Positions 30,042-43,082 of a DNA stretch of 64,000 nucleotides are shown in pieces; the first letter of the stretch is position 1, and each line of letters opens with the position of its first letter. Where the stretch lies: contig CAVOUW010000001.1 of NCBI GenBank assembly GCA_963699705.1, positions 268,409 to 332,408 of the forward strand, read 5' to 3'. The translations under genes and the position numbers were made by a program. The notes beneath the pieces were generated by a model. The model made no database searches, was not told the DNA's origin, and saw only the letters and a program-made list of their open reading frames with translations. This DNA is from an uncultured delta proteobacterium. Lineage in GTDB: Bacteria > Desulfobacterota > Binatia > Binatales > Binataceae.

Positions 30042-30097
30042 GTGAAACCCGCCTGGGTTTCACACTTCCTTGGGCAGGGGTGACCCCTGCACCCAGT
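30042..30097 (+). repeat. Repeat family A, copy 2
   Basis: gtgaaaccc-gcct-gggtttcac followed by gcagggg-tga-cccctgc. It lies between the convergent pdxJ and glmM genes. Confidence 0.7.
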
Positions 30098-30099
30098 AT

Positions 30100-31451
<1,352 letters not shown>

Positions 31452-31468
<17 letters not shown>

Positions 31469-32426
31469 CGGCAGTACTGATCAGTTTCTCGCGATACATG
31501 CGCAGTTTAACCTTGTCGGGCGACTGGCGCACCAACTGCATCCCGAGGGGCAAGGTCACCTGCAACGGCAATTCATGCGAGCCCGGCGCGAGGCCATCCG
31601 CGTCAACGTAGGCCAAGCCCTTGGGCGCGAGGCTGGCCAGCTTGATCGCGGGCCCGCGAATCGTGAGCGTCGCCTGCTTGGGTACGACCCGGTACTTGAA
31701 GTCGCTGTTCTGGACCTCGACCTCCGGATGAAACTCACGGTCGGCGATCGCCTCGGCGACATTTACGTGCACGTCGACGTGACCGGTGGACAATCCCAGC
31801 GACGGGTCGGGCGGTACAATCTCTACCGAACGGCTGGTTTCAGAGGCCAGTCCTTTCAGATCGAATGGCTCCGTCTGAACCGATGTAAGCGGAGAGACGT
31901 AACGGCTGGGGCCGACGACAGTGACGTTGGCGGGCGTGATATCCACCGAGGAAATCACGTAGCCCGGCGCGACCTTGTCTTCGACTGCGAGATGCACCGG
32001 GACGTCGCGAGTAACCAGGGAATCGAGATCGAGCGACAACTGGTCGGGCGAGATGCTGGTGATCGTGTTTCGTCCGACGTTGAACATCGCGGGATAAATT
32101 TTGAACTCGGATTGTCCGATCGCAAAGCTGCGTAGATCGACCTTGAGCGTCAGGCGCTCCGGATCCAGCACCGAGAGCAGCGCGCGCGTACCGGTGACAT
32201 CAATTTTCACCTGGGTCGGCGGATTGTTGACGATCACCATCCCCTGCGGCAACGAAGAATAACTGATCGGCACGGTGAGCGACTCGACCGAGCCGCGCTC
32301 GCCCGCATTCACGAAGATCCAGAGTCCAACTGCAAGCGCCACGGCGAGAACGCGCAGACCGATATTGCTGTCGCGAAGCCGTCGTGAGCTTATTGCAGGC
32401 AGATAGTTAAAATCGCTCAGCTTCAT
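31452..32426 (-). CDS. cdaR: YbbR-domain protein (CdaA regulator CdaR-like)
   Basis: N-terminal TM helix, then repeated YbbR-like beta modules (..V.VTG....L..). It sits between cdaA and glmM. The likely start is ATG 32426 (MKLSDFNY). Confidence 0.7.
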
Positions 32427-32454
32427 CGTGCGTCGTCCGCTCTGTTTCGAGCTC

Positions 32455-33237
32455 CTAACCTGGCAGCTTCCTGATAGTGGCCAAGACTTCGGCCGGCTCG
32501 AGTCCACGGCTCAGCACGCCGCCGCGTGCGAGAGAAATCGCCCCGCTCTCCTCGGAGACCACCAGCACCAACGCGTCGCTGTCTTCGCTCAGGCCAATCG
32601 CCGCGCGATGGCGCGTGCCGAGCGACAAGCTGACGTTGGGATTCTGCGACAGCGGCAACAGGCACGCCGCGGCGAGCACCCGGTCGCCGTTTATTATCAC
32701 GGCGCCATCGTGCAACGGCGAGCCGTTCATGAAAATCGTTTCGAGTAGTTCCGGCGAAACCTTGCCGTCAACGATTCTGCCACTCTCGACGAACTCGCCC
32801 AAGCCGTCGTCCTGTTCGATCACGATTAGCGCACCGACCCGACGCGCCGAGCACCATGCGGCTGCGGTCGCTATTTCTTCGGCCGGCGTGACAGTAGCCG
32901 CGTTGCGGCCGAGGAACGATTGCGCGCCGACGCGGGTCAGCGCGCGCCGGATGTCGGCCTGGAATATCACGACCAGGATCACAAACAACGATCCAAGAAA
33001 ATTATTGAGCAACCAGTTGAGGGTGAACAGGCCGAGCACCTGCGACGCGACGAAGGCGCCTCCGACGATCACCAGCCCGAGCACCATTTGCATCGTGCGG
33101 GTGCCGCGAATCAACATCGCGATCCGGTAGATCACGTACGCCACGATCAGAACGTCGAGCACGTCCTGCCATCGCGGCTGCGGTATCATTGGTATGTAAC
33201 TATGCATCGCGTCTGAACCGTTGATGTTGTCCCGCAA
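32455..33237 (-). CDS. cdaA: Diadenylate cyclase (membrane-anchored, DAC domain)
   Basis: Three N-terminal TM helices, then DAC motifs GALIVIE, PLHDGAVII, LGTRHRAAIGLSE and VVSEESG. An alternative start lies at 33189. Confidence 0.85.
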   Translation of the reverse strand: MRDNINGSDAMHSYIPMIPQPRWQDVLDVLIVAYVIYRIAMLIRGTRTMQMVLGLVIVGGAFVASQVLGLFTLNWLLNNFLGSLFVILVVIFQADIRRALTRVGAQSFLGRNAATVTPAEEIATAAAWCSARRVGALIVIEQDDGLGEFVESGRIVDGKVSPELLETIFMNGSPLHDGAVIINGDRVLAAACLLPLSQNPNVSLSLGTRHRAAIGLSEDSDALVLVVSEESGAISLARGGVLSRGLEPAEVLATIRKLPG

Positions 33238-34147
33238 TTGCCGCGGCCATTCGGACCACCGCGACAGTCGCGCCGACGTCGTGTACGCGAACTATCGACG
33301 CACCTGCGGCAATCGCGATCGCGTTGGCGGCCGCCGTGCCGAATTCGAGATCGCGCTCGCCGGCGCCGGAAAGCCGCGACACGAAGCTCTTGCGCGACGC
33401 TCCCACCAATACGGGATAGCCGAGCGCACGGAGGTTGGGCAAGGCGGCCAGCAATTTGAGATTATGCTGCGCGGTCTTGGCGAAACCTAGTCCCGGATCG
33501 AGGATAATTCGCGAGCGCGCGATTCCTGCTGCGGCGGCGAATTTTGCGCGCGCGTCGAGATATTCGATGACCTCGCGCACGACGTCGCGGTAGCGCGCGA
33601 ACTCGATGTGATTGCTGGGACCGCCGCGCATATGCATCAGCACTACAGCGCATTTGGTTCGCGCTGCCAGCGGCGCCATTTCGGGGTCGTGATCGAGGGC
33701 CGTGATGTCGTTGATTATTGTCGCGCCCGACTCGAGCGCAATGCGCGCGACTTCCGCGCGGCGAGTGTCGATCGAGATTGGCACTTTGAGCCGCTGGCCA
33801 AGCTGCGCGAGTACCGGCGTCACGCGCGCGAGCTCGACTTCGGTTGGGACTTCAACTGCGCCAACGGGACGTGACGACTCTCCACCTACGTCGATAATGT
33901 CGGCGCCCGCGGCTTCCATTGCGAGCGCGTGATCGACGGCGCGGCCGGCGTCGAGATATTTGCCTCCGTCGGAAAAGGAGTCGGGCGTGACGTTGAGCAC
34001 GCCCATCACGGCGGGGAACTGGATTATGCGGCCGTCGGCGAGTTTGAGATTTGAGGGCGGCGATTGCGGCGTTGGTTTGGATCCACCCCGATCATTGGAT
34101 GAGGATTTGGATTGAATCGGCGAGCGTCGCATCGCATCCGCACCCAC
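33200..34147 (-). CDS. folP: Dihydropteroate synthase
   Basis: VMGVLNVTPDSFSDGG, DIIDVGGESSRP, INDI and DPGLGFAK. Confidence 0.85.
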   Translation of the reverse strand: MGADAMRRSPIQSKSSSNDRGGSKPTPQSPPSNLKLADGRIIQFPAVMGVLNVTPDSFSDGGKYLDAGRAVDHALAMEAAGADIIDVGGESSRPVGAVEVPTEVELARVTPVLAQLGQRLKVPISIDTRRAEVARIALESGATIINDITALDHDPEMAPLAARTKCAVVLMHMRGGPSNHIEFARYRDVVREVIEYLDARAKFAAAAGIARSRIILDPGLGFAKTAQHNLKLLAALPNLRALGYPVLVGASRKSFVSRLSGAGERDLEFGTAAANAIAIAAGASIVRVHDVGATVAVVRMAAAIAGQHQRFRRDA

Positions 34148-34195
34148 TCCTCACTCGCAAGAGAGCTGACCGCGGGCGCACGCATTCGAGGCAGC

Positions 34196-34230
34196 GTAAC
34201 CCCGACCCTCTCCCTTCGGGAGAGGGGAAG
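34196..34230 (+). repeat. Repeat family C, short copy (second hairpin only)
   Basis: ccctctccc-ttc-gggagaggggaag, in the ftsH-folP spacer. Confidence 0.5.
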
Positions 34231-34250
34231 AATAGCGAGCCGCGCGGCGG

Positions 34251-36179
<1,929 letters not shown>

Positions 36180-36229
36180 TCCATTTAGAAAGTATCACGC
36201 ACGTTGATCACCGCGCAATGTATTATGCG

Positions 36230-37637
36230 CTAAGCGACGATTTCAGACGCCTCAACGCGCAGTACGGTTTCGGTGGCGTTGGTGACGAGTGCGCAGCCGG
36301 CGCGCGCGAGTCCGGGGAGCCAGGCGATCTCGTTGCCGAGCGTGATGACCGGGAAGCGCTCGCGTCGAAGACGCGGGAGCTTCCGATCGACGAACACGTC
36401 GTGGACTTTGCGCGTGCCAGACATGCCGATTGGATGGATACGGTCGCCGCGCAGGAAATTGCGGGCGATCAGACCGGCATCGCCAATTTTGGCGGCGTCG
36501 AACATCGCGACTGACATGCTGGCGGGCATCGACGCGTCAGCGGCGGCAATGGTCGAAGCTTCAAATTTGAAGCTTGCGGCCTCGACGATAGTGGCGCCAT
36601 CAGCGGCGATTGGAATGGAGAATCTCCCGGCGCCGGCTTTGCGCTCGTGCGGGTTCGTCAAGCGAAGAAAATTGTACTCGCGCTCGGCGCGCCATCCGTC
36701 TGGAAGATCGATCGAATCGCTCGGTCCGCCTTCGAGTACAAGATGAAGCACGCTCTCGACGTGCGAGCGCGCGATTTTGCGCAACGAGCCGATCTGCTCG
36801 GCGAGAAAGAGGCGAATCGCGACCGCCTGCACCGCTCGATTCATCGCGCCGAAGCCTGACACGTCGAGAGCCCGCCGCTGACGCGCATCGCGTCGAGCTC
36901 GCGCGCCGCAATCGCGCTGACAAGCTCGTCAAGCGAGCGCATCTCGCTCGCCAATTCCACCAGCCGCCCGCTCAAGCCGGGCGCATACTCGCGCTCGAGC
37001 ATTGGGAGCAGGTCGGCTCGAATGCGGTTGCGCAAAATGTCCAGCGACGCGTTGGACGAATCTTCGACGAAGGGAGTCGCACGCGTTTCGAGGAATTCAC
37101 GAATCTCGGCGCGCGAAATCGACAACATCGGACGAATCAGGCGTCCCGGCCCGCGGTCCGCCATCGCAGCCATCCCGGCCGCCCCAGCACCGCGCATCAG
37201 ACGCATCAGCACGGTCTCAGCCTGATCGTCGCGATGGTGTCCCAGCGCCACGAAATCTGCATGAACGTGATCCGCAACGCGCAGCAGAAAATCGCGGCGA
37301 GCATCGCGCGCCCGCTCCTCGAGGTTCGCAGTCGAAGTCGAGAGGTCGAGGCCGTCGGCACGCTCGACAATCAACTCGAGTCGAAGGCGCGCGCACATCG
37401 CACGCACGAAGTCCTCATCGCGATCCGATTCAGCCCCGCGAATTTGATGGTTGAAATGCGCGGCTACGATGCGGAAGTTCAGTCGCTCGCGAAGTCGAGC
37501 AAAGCGCAGGTGAGCGCGACGGAATCGGCGCCGCCAGAAAGGCCAACGAGTATAGATGAGCCGCGGCGCGCACCTGATCGCAGCAGCGCCGCTTCAATCG
37601 CGCCCACCACCTTCTTTTCAGCGTCTCGAATCATCAT
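36230..37637 (-). pseudogene. tilS: tRNA(Ile)-lysidine synthase, two frame breaks (about 37495-37500 and 36865-36872)
   Basis: The PP-loop segment (LVGLSGGADSVAL) from ATG 37637 stops after ..CALLDF. The central part (RIVAAHFNHQIRG..LGHHRDDQAETVLMRL) is in a second frame. The C-terminal substrate-binding part is in a third frame. Confidence 0.8.
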
Positions 37638-37659
37638 GATGAGATTATTCTAACGCGCT

Positions 37660-37935
37660 ATGCTATTGAACAAGATGGATTACGTTGCCTACCTGCATAA
37701 GGACCGCGATTCGGATTTCGGCGTCAGCTTTCCGGATTTTCCGGGATGCGTGACTGCCGGCAAAACGCTCGAAGAAGCGCGACGGATGGCGGCTGAAGCT
37801 CTCGCCCTGCATGTAACGGGAATGATTGAGGAGGGCGAAGTCGTGCCAGAGCCGTCGAATCTGGATGCCTTGAAGAAGGATCCGAACATGAGAGGAGCTG
37901 TGGCCGTTCTGGTCGGGATTGAGCGAACCGCGTGA
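37660..37935 (+). CDS. HicB-like (UPF0150) antitoxin-fold protein, no adjacent HicA
   Basis: YVAYLHKD.DSDFGVSFPDFPGCVTAGKTLEEA...A.EAL.LH. matches the HicB N-terminal fold. No DNA-binding tail is present and no toxin ORF lies on either side. Confidence 0.65.
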   Translation: MLLNKMDYVAYLHKDRDSDFGVSFPDFPGCVTAGKTLEEARRMAAEALALHVTGMIEEGEVVPEPSNLDALKKDPNMRGAVAVLVGIERTA

Positions 37936-37944
37936 AATTCGGAT

Positions 37945-38313
37945 TCAAGCAGTTGATTTTGTGATCCGCCGCAGTCGTGGGGCGGGGAGAGTGGTCCCGT
38001 CGGCGCTTGTTGCGACCTCGATGAATTGGCGCAGCTCGATGCGGAGTTCACCGACTGCGAGGCCCATGTGCTCGTGAGGAATTTTTTCGAGCTTGGAGGA
38101 CGCTTTCTCGTATAGCGAGCGGGCGCCTTCGAGGTTTCCGCGCTGGGCGTGCAGAATTGCTACCGCCGCTTGTATTAATCCCTGATAGAAAAGTTTCACC
38201 TCACCTTCGGAACGCTTCCAGACTTCCTCCCAGGCTTCGTGGCATTCGAAGAAGCGGCCCTCATTGAAGAGGTCGATCCCGTGCTCGTAGAAATCTGGGC
38301 GCGGGCGAGTCAC
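37945..38313 (-). CDS. DUF309-domain protein
   Basis: GIDLFNEGRFFECHEAWEEVW....G....FYQGLIQ.AVA.LH is the DUF309 signature. The likely GTG start at 38313 overlaps the upstream stop (GTGA). Confidence 0.6.
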   Translation of the reverse strand: MTRPRPDFYEHGIDLFNEGRFFECHEAWEEVWKRSEGEVKLFYQGLIQAAVAILHAQRGNLEGARSLYEKASSKLEKIPHEHMGLAVGELRIELRQFIEVATSADGTTLPAPRLRRITKSTA

Positions 38314-38975
38314 ACGATTCGGTGTTCGGACGCGATTAGAAATGGAAATGGTAGCGTGAGGAATTTTGGCTCGTCGATTTTCACTGCGCGATACTCGTCG
38401 GTGGTGCCGGAATCTCGCACTGCGCCGAAGCTGTCGAACCACAGCTCCGCGACGCCGTCGTAGCGCGGCGATTTGCTGTCAGCATATGAGGATGGGCGCA
38501 CGTGGCATTGGACGTAACGGCGGACTTGCGGGATTTTTGCGGCGAGCGGGCCGTGATTCGTTCGCCAGTAGGCTTGGAAGGCTGCTACGTCGGTGCCTTG
38601 CTTGCGTGTGAGAAGGGAGAACATCTTCACCGCGTCGGCGCCGGGCGTTCCATCTTTTTGGATTATCTCGTCGGTGATGATCGATCCGGTCGTCGTCATA
38701 TCGACGAACTTCGCGTCGTCGGTGTGGGCGGCGCGCCGCGGGGCTGAGTCGGCGGTCGCGCGCAGTACGTTTTCGTCGTCGAACCACGCCTCAGAGATTC
38801 CGTCGTAGAGCGGTTCACGATTGCGGTAGGCCGATGGCAGCGTTATCGACGCGATGTACCTACGAAGGTCGGGAATCGCGCGAATTATTTCGGCGTGTTC
38901 GTTCAGCCAGTAGTTGCGGAAGTCGTCAACGCTGAGTCCGGGCTTGCGCTTGAAGAAGTTGAACGCTTTGACCAT
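38310..38975 (-). CDS. Tandem EthD-domain protein
   Basis: Two repeats of the EthD pattern (..FRNYWLNEHAEII...P.LRRY... and ..FQAYWRTNHGPLAAKIPQVRRYV..). Confidence 0.65.
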   Translation of the reverse strand: MVKAFNFFKRKPGLSVDDFRNYWLNEHAEIIRAIPDLRRYIASITLPSAYRNREPLYDGISEAWFDDENVLRATADSAPRRAAHTDDAKFVDMTTTGSIITDEIIQKDGTPGADAVKMFSLLTRKQGTDVAAFQAYWRTNHGPLAAKIPQVRRYVQCHVRPSSYADSKSPRYDGVAELWFDSFGAVRDSGTTDEYRAVKIDEPKFLTLPFPFLIASEHRIV

Positions 38976-38984
38976 GACGCGCCG

Positions 38985-39530
38985 CTATTGCTTTGTGGTT
39001 CCGGGCTCCAGCTCGACGCCGACCGGCACCAGCACGCGGACGACCATGTTGTAGAAGGCGACGTTCTGCACCAGTTCCATCATGCGTTGCGTGTCGAGGA
39101 AGCTCTTCAGCGCGTTCCAGGTTGCGTCGGTCACGCGGACGTTGTTGGTCGCCTCGACTGCGTAGCGGATCACGGCGCGCTCGTTGTCGTTGAACGCCGG
39201 GGATTTTTCCCAATCGGCGAGTGCTTCCAGCTGTTCGCGCGAGACGCCGACGCGTCGTGCGAGGTTCCAATGATGCACGAACTCGTATTGCGCGTCGGTG
39301 AGCATCCCGACCGTGCAGATTGCGAGTTCGCGGAGTTTTGGATCGAGCGCGGTTTTGTTGCGAAGCTCGCTGCCTATCTGACAGAAGCGGCGCAGCAGGT
39401 TTGGGGTGTGCGCGAGGGCGCGGAAGATGTTGCCGACGGTGCCGCCGCGCTCGGCGGCTAGGTTGTCGAAGATGACCCGGTCGGCTTCGGGGAGATCCTC
39501 GCGATTCAGATAGGGTACGCGTGCGGGCAT
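38985..39530 (-). CDS. Carboxymuconolactone decarboxylase (AhpD-like) family protein
   Basis: All-helical CMD-like pattern (..LRELAICTVGMLTDAQYEFVHH..). The start is taken at ATG 39530, because the upstream part of the tracked ORF runs through repeat C3. Confidence 0.6.
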   Translation of the reverse strand: MPARVPYLNREDLPEADRVIFDNLAAERGGTVGNIFRALAHTPNLLRRFCQIGSELRNKTALDPKLRELAICTVGMLTDAQYEFVHHWNLARRVGVSREQLEALADWEKSPAFNDNERAVIRYAVEATNNVRVTDATWNALKSFLDTQRMMELVQNVAFYNMVVRVLVPVGVELEPGTTKQ

Positions 39531-39553
39531 GTGTGGCACCTCCTTATTGGGCA

Positions 39554-39638
39554 GAGGCAGAATCTTCATTCGCGCGCGAAGCGCGCGCTGTAATCGGACC
39601 CTCACCTTCGATCCTCTCCCATTCTGGGAGAGGGGAAG
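39554..39638 (+). repeat. Repeat family C, copy 3 (full two-hairpin element)
   Basis: gaatcttcattcgcgcgcg-aa-gcgcgcg ... ggaccctcaccttcgat-cctctccc-attct-gggagaggggaag. It is near-identical to the reverse complement of 52505..52587. Confidence 0.75.
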
Positions 39639-39656
39639 ACCGGAGAGGGAAAGAAC

Positions 39657-41354
39657 TCAGGCGAAAAGCATTTCGGACATTGCGCCGCCTGGGGGGATCA
39701 TTGGCATTACGGCTTCTTCCTTTGGGATTACTACGTCGATTAGGACTGGGCCGGGGGTTGCGAAGGCTTCTTTCATCGTCGCGACCAGGTCCTTCGCTTT
39801 TTCAATTCTAAAGCCGTGCATGCCGTATGCGTCTGCGAGTTTGACGAAGTTCGGCACTGACATCGCGGAGTAACTATACCGTTCGGCGTAGAACTTCTCC
39901 TGCCATTGACGAACCATCCCGAGAAAGTAGTTATTCAGAATAATCACTTTGATATCTACATTGTATTGAACTGCAGTACCTAGTTCCTGGATGTTCATCT
40001 GGATGGAACCGTCGCCACTGACTACTACTACTTTCTTGTCGGGCGCGGCGAAGGTCGCGCCAATCCCGGCCGGCAATCCGTAGCCCATCGTGCCCAGTCC
40101 GCCCGAGGTCAGCCACGACCGCGGATGCTCAAACGGAAACATCTGCGCTACCCACATCTGATGCTGCCCGACGTCAGTAGCTATTATGCAATCGCCTTTG
40201 GTGATGTTGTGCATCTCGGCGATAACGTCGAGCGGTGAGACCGACTCGCCGCGGTGACCGTTCTCGTAGAGCGGTTTCTCCTTCTGCCACTGGAGGATCT
40301 GCTGATGCCACTTGGTCCATTCGGCGCGGCGCTGGCCGATACTTTCCCGGCCTTTGATCTGAGTGAGCATGTCAGTGAGTACCGATTTGATATCGCCGAC
40401 AATAGGTATATCGACCTTTACGTTCTTCGAAATCGACGACGGATCGATATCGATGTGGATAATCGTTTCGGCTTTCGGTGCGAATTGTGAAATCTTGCCG
40501 GTGACGCGATCGTCGAAGCGTGCGCCGACCGCGATTAGGCAGTCGGTGTTGCAGACCGCGGTGTTGGTACCGTACGAACCATGCATCCCGAGCATCCCGA
40601 GCCGTAGTGAGTCGGATGCCGGGAATGATCCCAGTCCCATCAGAGTCTCGGTAATTGGAATACCCAGTCCTTTAACCAATTCGCGCAATTCGTTGGCCGC
40701 GCCCGACCATTGCACGCCGCCGCCGACGTAGAACAATGGGGTCGAACTTTTTTCGATCGCTTCGATCGCGCGTTCGATTTGCCGGGGATTGCCGCGAATC
40801 GTCGGCTTGTAGCCGCGCAGCTCAACTTTTTCGGAAAGGTGAAAAGTGTGCTCGGCCTGTTGAACGTCTTTGGGCAGATCGACGACGACCGGGCCGGGGC
40901 GTCCGCTGCCGGCGATATAAAACGCTTCCTTGATGATGCGCGAGATATCTTTGACATTCTTGACGAGGAAATTGTGCTTGGTGCATGGCCGCGTGATGCC
41001 GACGAAGTCCGCTTCCTGGAAAGCGTCATTGCCGATCATCGTGGTCGGGACCTGGCCCGAGAGCACGACCATCGGGGTGGAATCCATGTAGGCGTCGGCG
41101 ATACCGGTGACGGTGTTGGTCGCACCGGGGCCGGAGGTAACCAGCACGACGCCGGGGCGTCCGCTGACGCGCGCATAGCCCTCGGCCATGTGGGTCGCGC
41201 CCTGTTCGTGGCGGACGAGGACGTGCTTGATTTTCGAGTCGAGCAGCGCGTCGTAAGTCGGCAGAATGGCGCCGCCGGGATAGCCGAAGATTACATCGAC
41301 GCCTTCGGCGATGAGGCTCTCGATAACGATTTGTGCTCCCGTGAGTTTTTTCAT
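39657..41354 (-). CDS. ilvB: Acetolactate synthase, large (catalytic) subunit
   Basis: ThDP enzyme: GYPGGAILP, HEQGA.HMAEGYAR, and the ThDP motif GDGS..MN.QEL. No small-subunit gene follows it in this window. Confidence 0.9.
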   Translation of the reverse strand: MKKLTGAQIVIESLIAEGVDVIFGYPGGAILPTYDALLDSKIKHVLVRHEQGATHMAEGYARVSGRPGVVLVTSGPGATNTVTGIADAYMDSTPMVVLSGQVPTTMIGNDAFQEADFVGITRPCTKHNFLVKNVKDISRIIKEAFYIAGSGRPGPVVVDLPKDVQQAEHTFHLSEKVELRGYKPTIRGNPRQIERAIEAIEKSSTPLFYVGGGVQWSGAANELRELVKGLGIPITETLMGLGSFPASDSLRLGMLGMHGSYGTNTAVCNTDCLIAVGARFDDRVTGKISQFAPKAETIIHIDIDPSSISKNVKVDIPIVGDIKSVLTDMLTQIKGRESIGQRRAEWTKWHQQILQWQKEKPLYENGHRGESVSPLDVIAEMHNITKGDCIIATDVGQHQMWVAQMFPFEHPRSWLTSGGLGTMGYGLPAGIGATFAAPDKKVVVVSGDGSIQMNIQELGTAVQYNVDIKVIILNNYFLGMVRQWQEKFYAERYSYSAMSVPNFVKLADAYGMHGFRIEKAKDLVATMKEAFATPGPVLIDVVIPKEEAVMPMIPPGGAMSEMLFA

Positions 41355-41514
41355 TTACTCGATTTTGTGCGCTTTTCCTTTGATTTGAGCCTACAAAGGT
41401 ACACTACGCGCGGACACCCGCACAACTTGTGATTTCTGATCGGTGGGTCTGTAAGGCTTGGCACTCTCCCCAATCCCTGTCATTTTTGAGCCGTCGCACG
41501 GGGAGGATACCTTG

Positions 41515-42012
41515 GTGAAGAATCTGAAATTTAGCCTGATTGTAACATTCCTTTTCGTGGTTGCGGTCGTCGCGCATGCCGTCGGTGATGAGGCCGCCCC
41601 GTCTGCTGCGGACGTTCATCTGTTCGACTCACCCAAGGATATAAAATGGGGACCGGCGCCTCCGGTAGTGCCCAAGGGCGCGCAAGCGGCGGTACTCGAC
41701 GGGGATCCATTCAAGGACGGTTCATCTTATACGTTGCGGCTCAAGATGCCTGACGGTTACAAGATTCCGCCTCACTGGCATCCGACTGATGAGAACGTAA
41801 CAGTATTGAGCGGCACTTTCTGCGCAGGGATGGGAGATCAGTTTGATCCGGCCAAGGGTCAGATCATGAAGCCCGGAGGATTCGTGACGATGCCGCACGG
41901 CATGCACCATTTCGCGTGGGCTAAAGGACCGACCGTGGTTCAGGTGCACGGGACCGGCCCGTTCGCTTTCACGTACGTGAATCCCGCTGACGATCCGAGA
42001 AATCAGCACTGA
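41515..42012 (+). CDS. Secreted cupin-domain protein
   Basis: GGGGAGG precedes GTG 41515. Signal peptide, then the cupin motif PPHWHPTDENVTVLSG..MPHGMHHF. Confidence 0.6.
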   Translation: MKNLKFSLIVTFLFVVAVVAHAVGDEAAPSAADVHLFDSPKDIKWGPAPPVVPKGAQAAVLDGDPFKDGSSYTLRLKMPDGYKIPPHWHPTDENVTVLSGTFCAGMGDQFDPAKGQIMKPGGFVTMPHGMHHFAWAKGPTVVQVHGTGPFAFTYVNPADDPRNQH

Positions 42013-42032
42013 AGGGTCCGCGATATGAACGC

Positions 42033-42515
42033 ATGAAAACGCATATCCTCGAACGCACGCAGATCGTGCGGAGGCCATTGGCAGAGACGTTCGATTTTTT
42101 CGTCGATCCGCGCAATCTGAAGCGGCTTACTCCGGATTATCTGGGCTTCAAATTTCTTGAACCACCACCCGCGCAGCTTCAGACCGGCAGCGCGATCGAC
42201 TACCAGATTCGGCTCTACGGGGTGCCGATCCATTGGCGCACGCGGATTGAACTCCTCGATGCGCCGAAAAAATTCGTCGATGTACAGGAGAAAGGGCCGT
42301 ACGCCCTATGGCGCCATCGACACACCTTCAGTGACGCCGGTCACAACCGGACGGAAGTGAAGGATCGCGTGGAATACGCGCTGCCGCTGTGGCCGCTGGG
42401 TGAGGTTGCGTACTACCTGCTGGTTGCGCGAGCGCTGACGCAGATTTTCGATTATCGCGAGCGGGAACTTGCAGCGATCATCGCAGCTGAATCGCGCGGC
42501 ACTTTGACAGCCTAA
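42033..42515 (+). CDS. SRPBCC (START/Bet v1-like) family protein
   Basis: Pattern ..PLAETFDFF.DP.NL..LTP......G..I.Y.I...G.PI.W...I......F.D.Q..GPY..W.H.H.F. is typical of the cyclase/dehydrase-like SRPBCC fold. Confidence 0.6.
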   Translation: MKTHILERTQIVRRPLAETFDFFVDPRNLKRLTPDYLGFKFLEPPPAQLQTGSAIDYQIRLYGVPIHWRTRIELLDAPKKFVDVQEKGPYALWRHRHTFSDAGHNRTEVKDRVEYALPLWPLGEVAYYLLVARALTQIFDYRERELAAIIAAESRGTLTA

Positions 42516-42958
42516 TAATGCTGACCGGGGGCGAAGCGGCCGCCGCCGGGTTCGGTGCCCATCACTTCGTAGGTCTGGTTGTTGCCCGAGAACATGCCGC
42601 GGACGGTCAATGTCTCGCCGGGCTGCATTTTCGCGAACGTGTCTTCGCCCATACCCGTGACGTTGAAGTTCGGCCTGTACTGACGGACCAACTCCCAGAC
42701 GTCCGGCCAGTGGATGATGCCCCTTGGATCGTCAACGTAGGCGTCGTTGAGCAGGAACTTGTAGGTCTTGGTCCCGACGCCCATCGTGACGACTTGCTTA
42801 TTGCCGTAGATCTCGCCGGGCGCGGGCTTGGTGATGACCATCGTGGTGGTGAGCGGGATCATCATCGGCCGCATCTGCGCATTTGCGATGGTGCCGATGC
42901 ATAGCGTGGTTGAGATTGCGAACAGGAACAGGGTGATTTTAGAAATTGGGGACTTCAT
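42512..42958 (-). CDS. Hypothetical secreted protein
   Basis: Signal peptide MKSPISKITLFLFAISTTLCIGTIANA/Q. No family recognised. Its end overlaps the convergent SRPBCC gene. Confidence 0.5.
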   Translation of the reverse strand: MKSPISKITLFLFAISTTLCIGTIANAQMRPMMIPLTTTMVITKPAPGEIYGNKQVVTMGVGTKTYKFLLNDAYVDDPRGIIHWPDVWELVRQYRPNFNVTGMGEDTFAKMQPGETLTVRGMFSGNNQTYEVMGTEPGGGRFAPGQHY

Positions 42959-43082
42959 GTGAAACCTCGTCGATGTAATTCCAATCATAGAGAGCGCGCG
43001 GATAGCCGATCAAGTTGGATCTTTTCGCCGCGCGCCTAACTGTTGTAAGGTAGTCGCCGACGCGCTTCCGCAGAGGAGTCTT

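Noticed and set aside
38985-39605. Upstream 25 codons of the CMD-family ORF (MRVRLQRALRARMKILPLPNKEVPH)
   Set aside because: This part is a translation of repeat C3. The conserved protein starts at ATG 39530.
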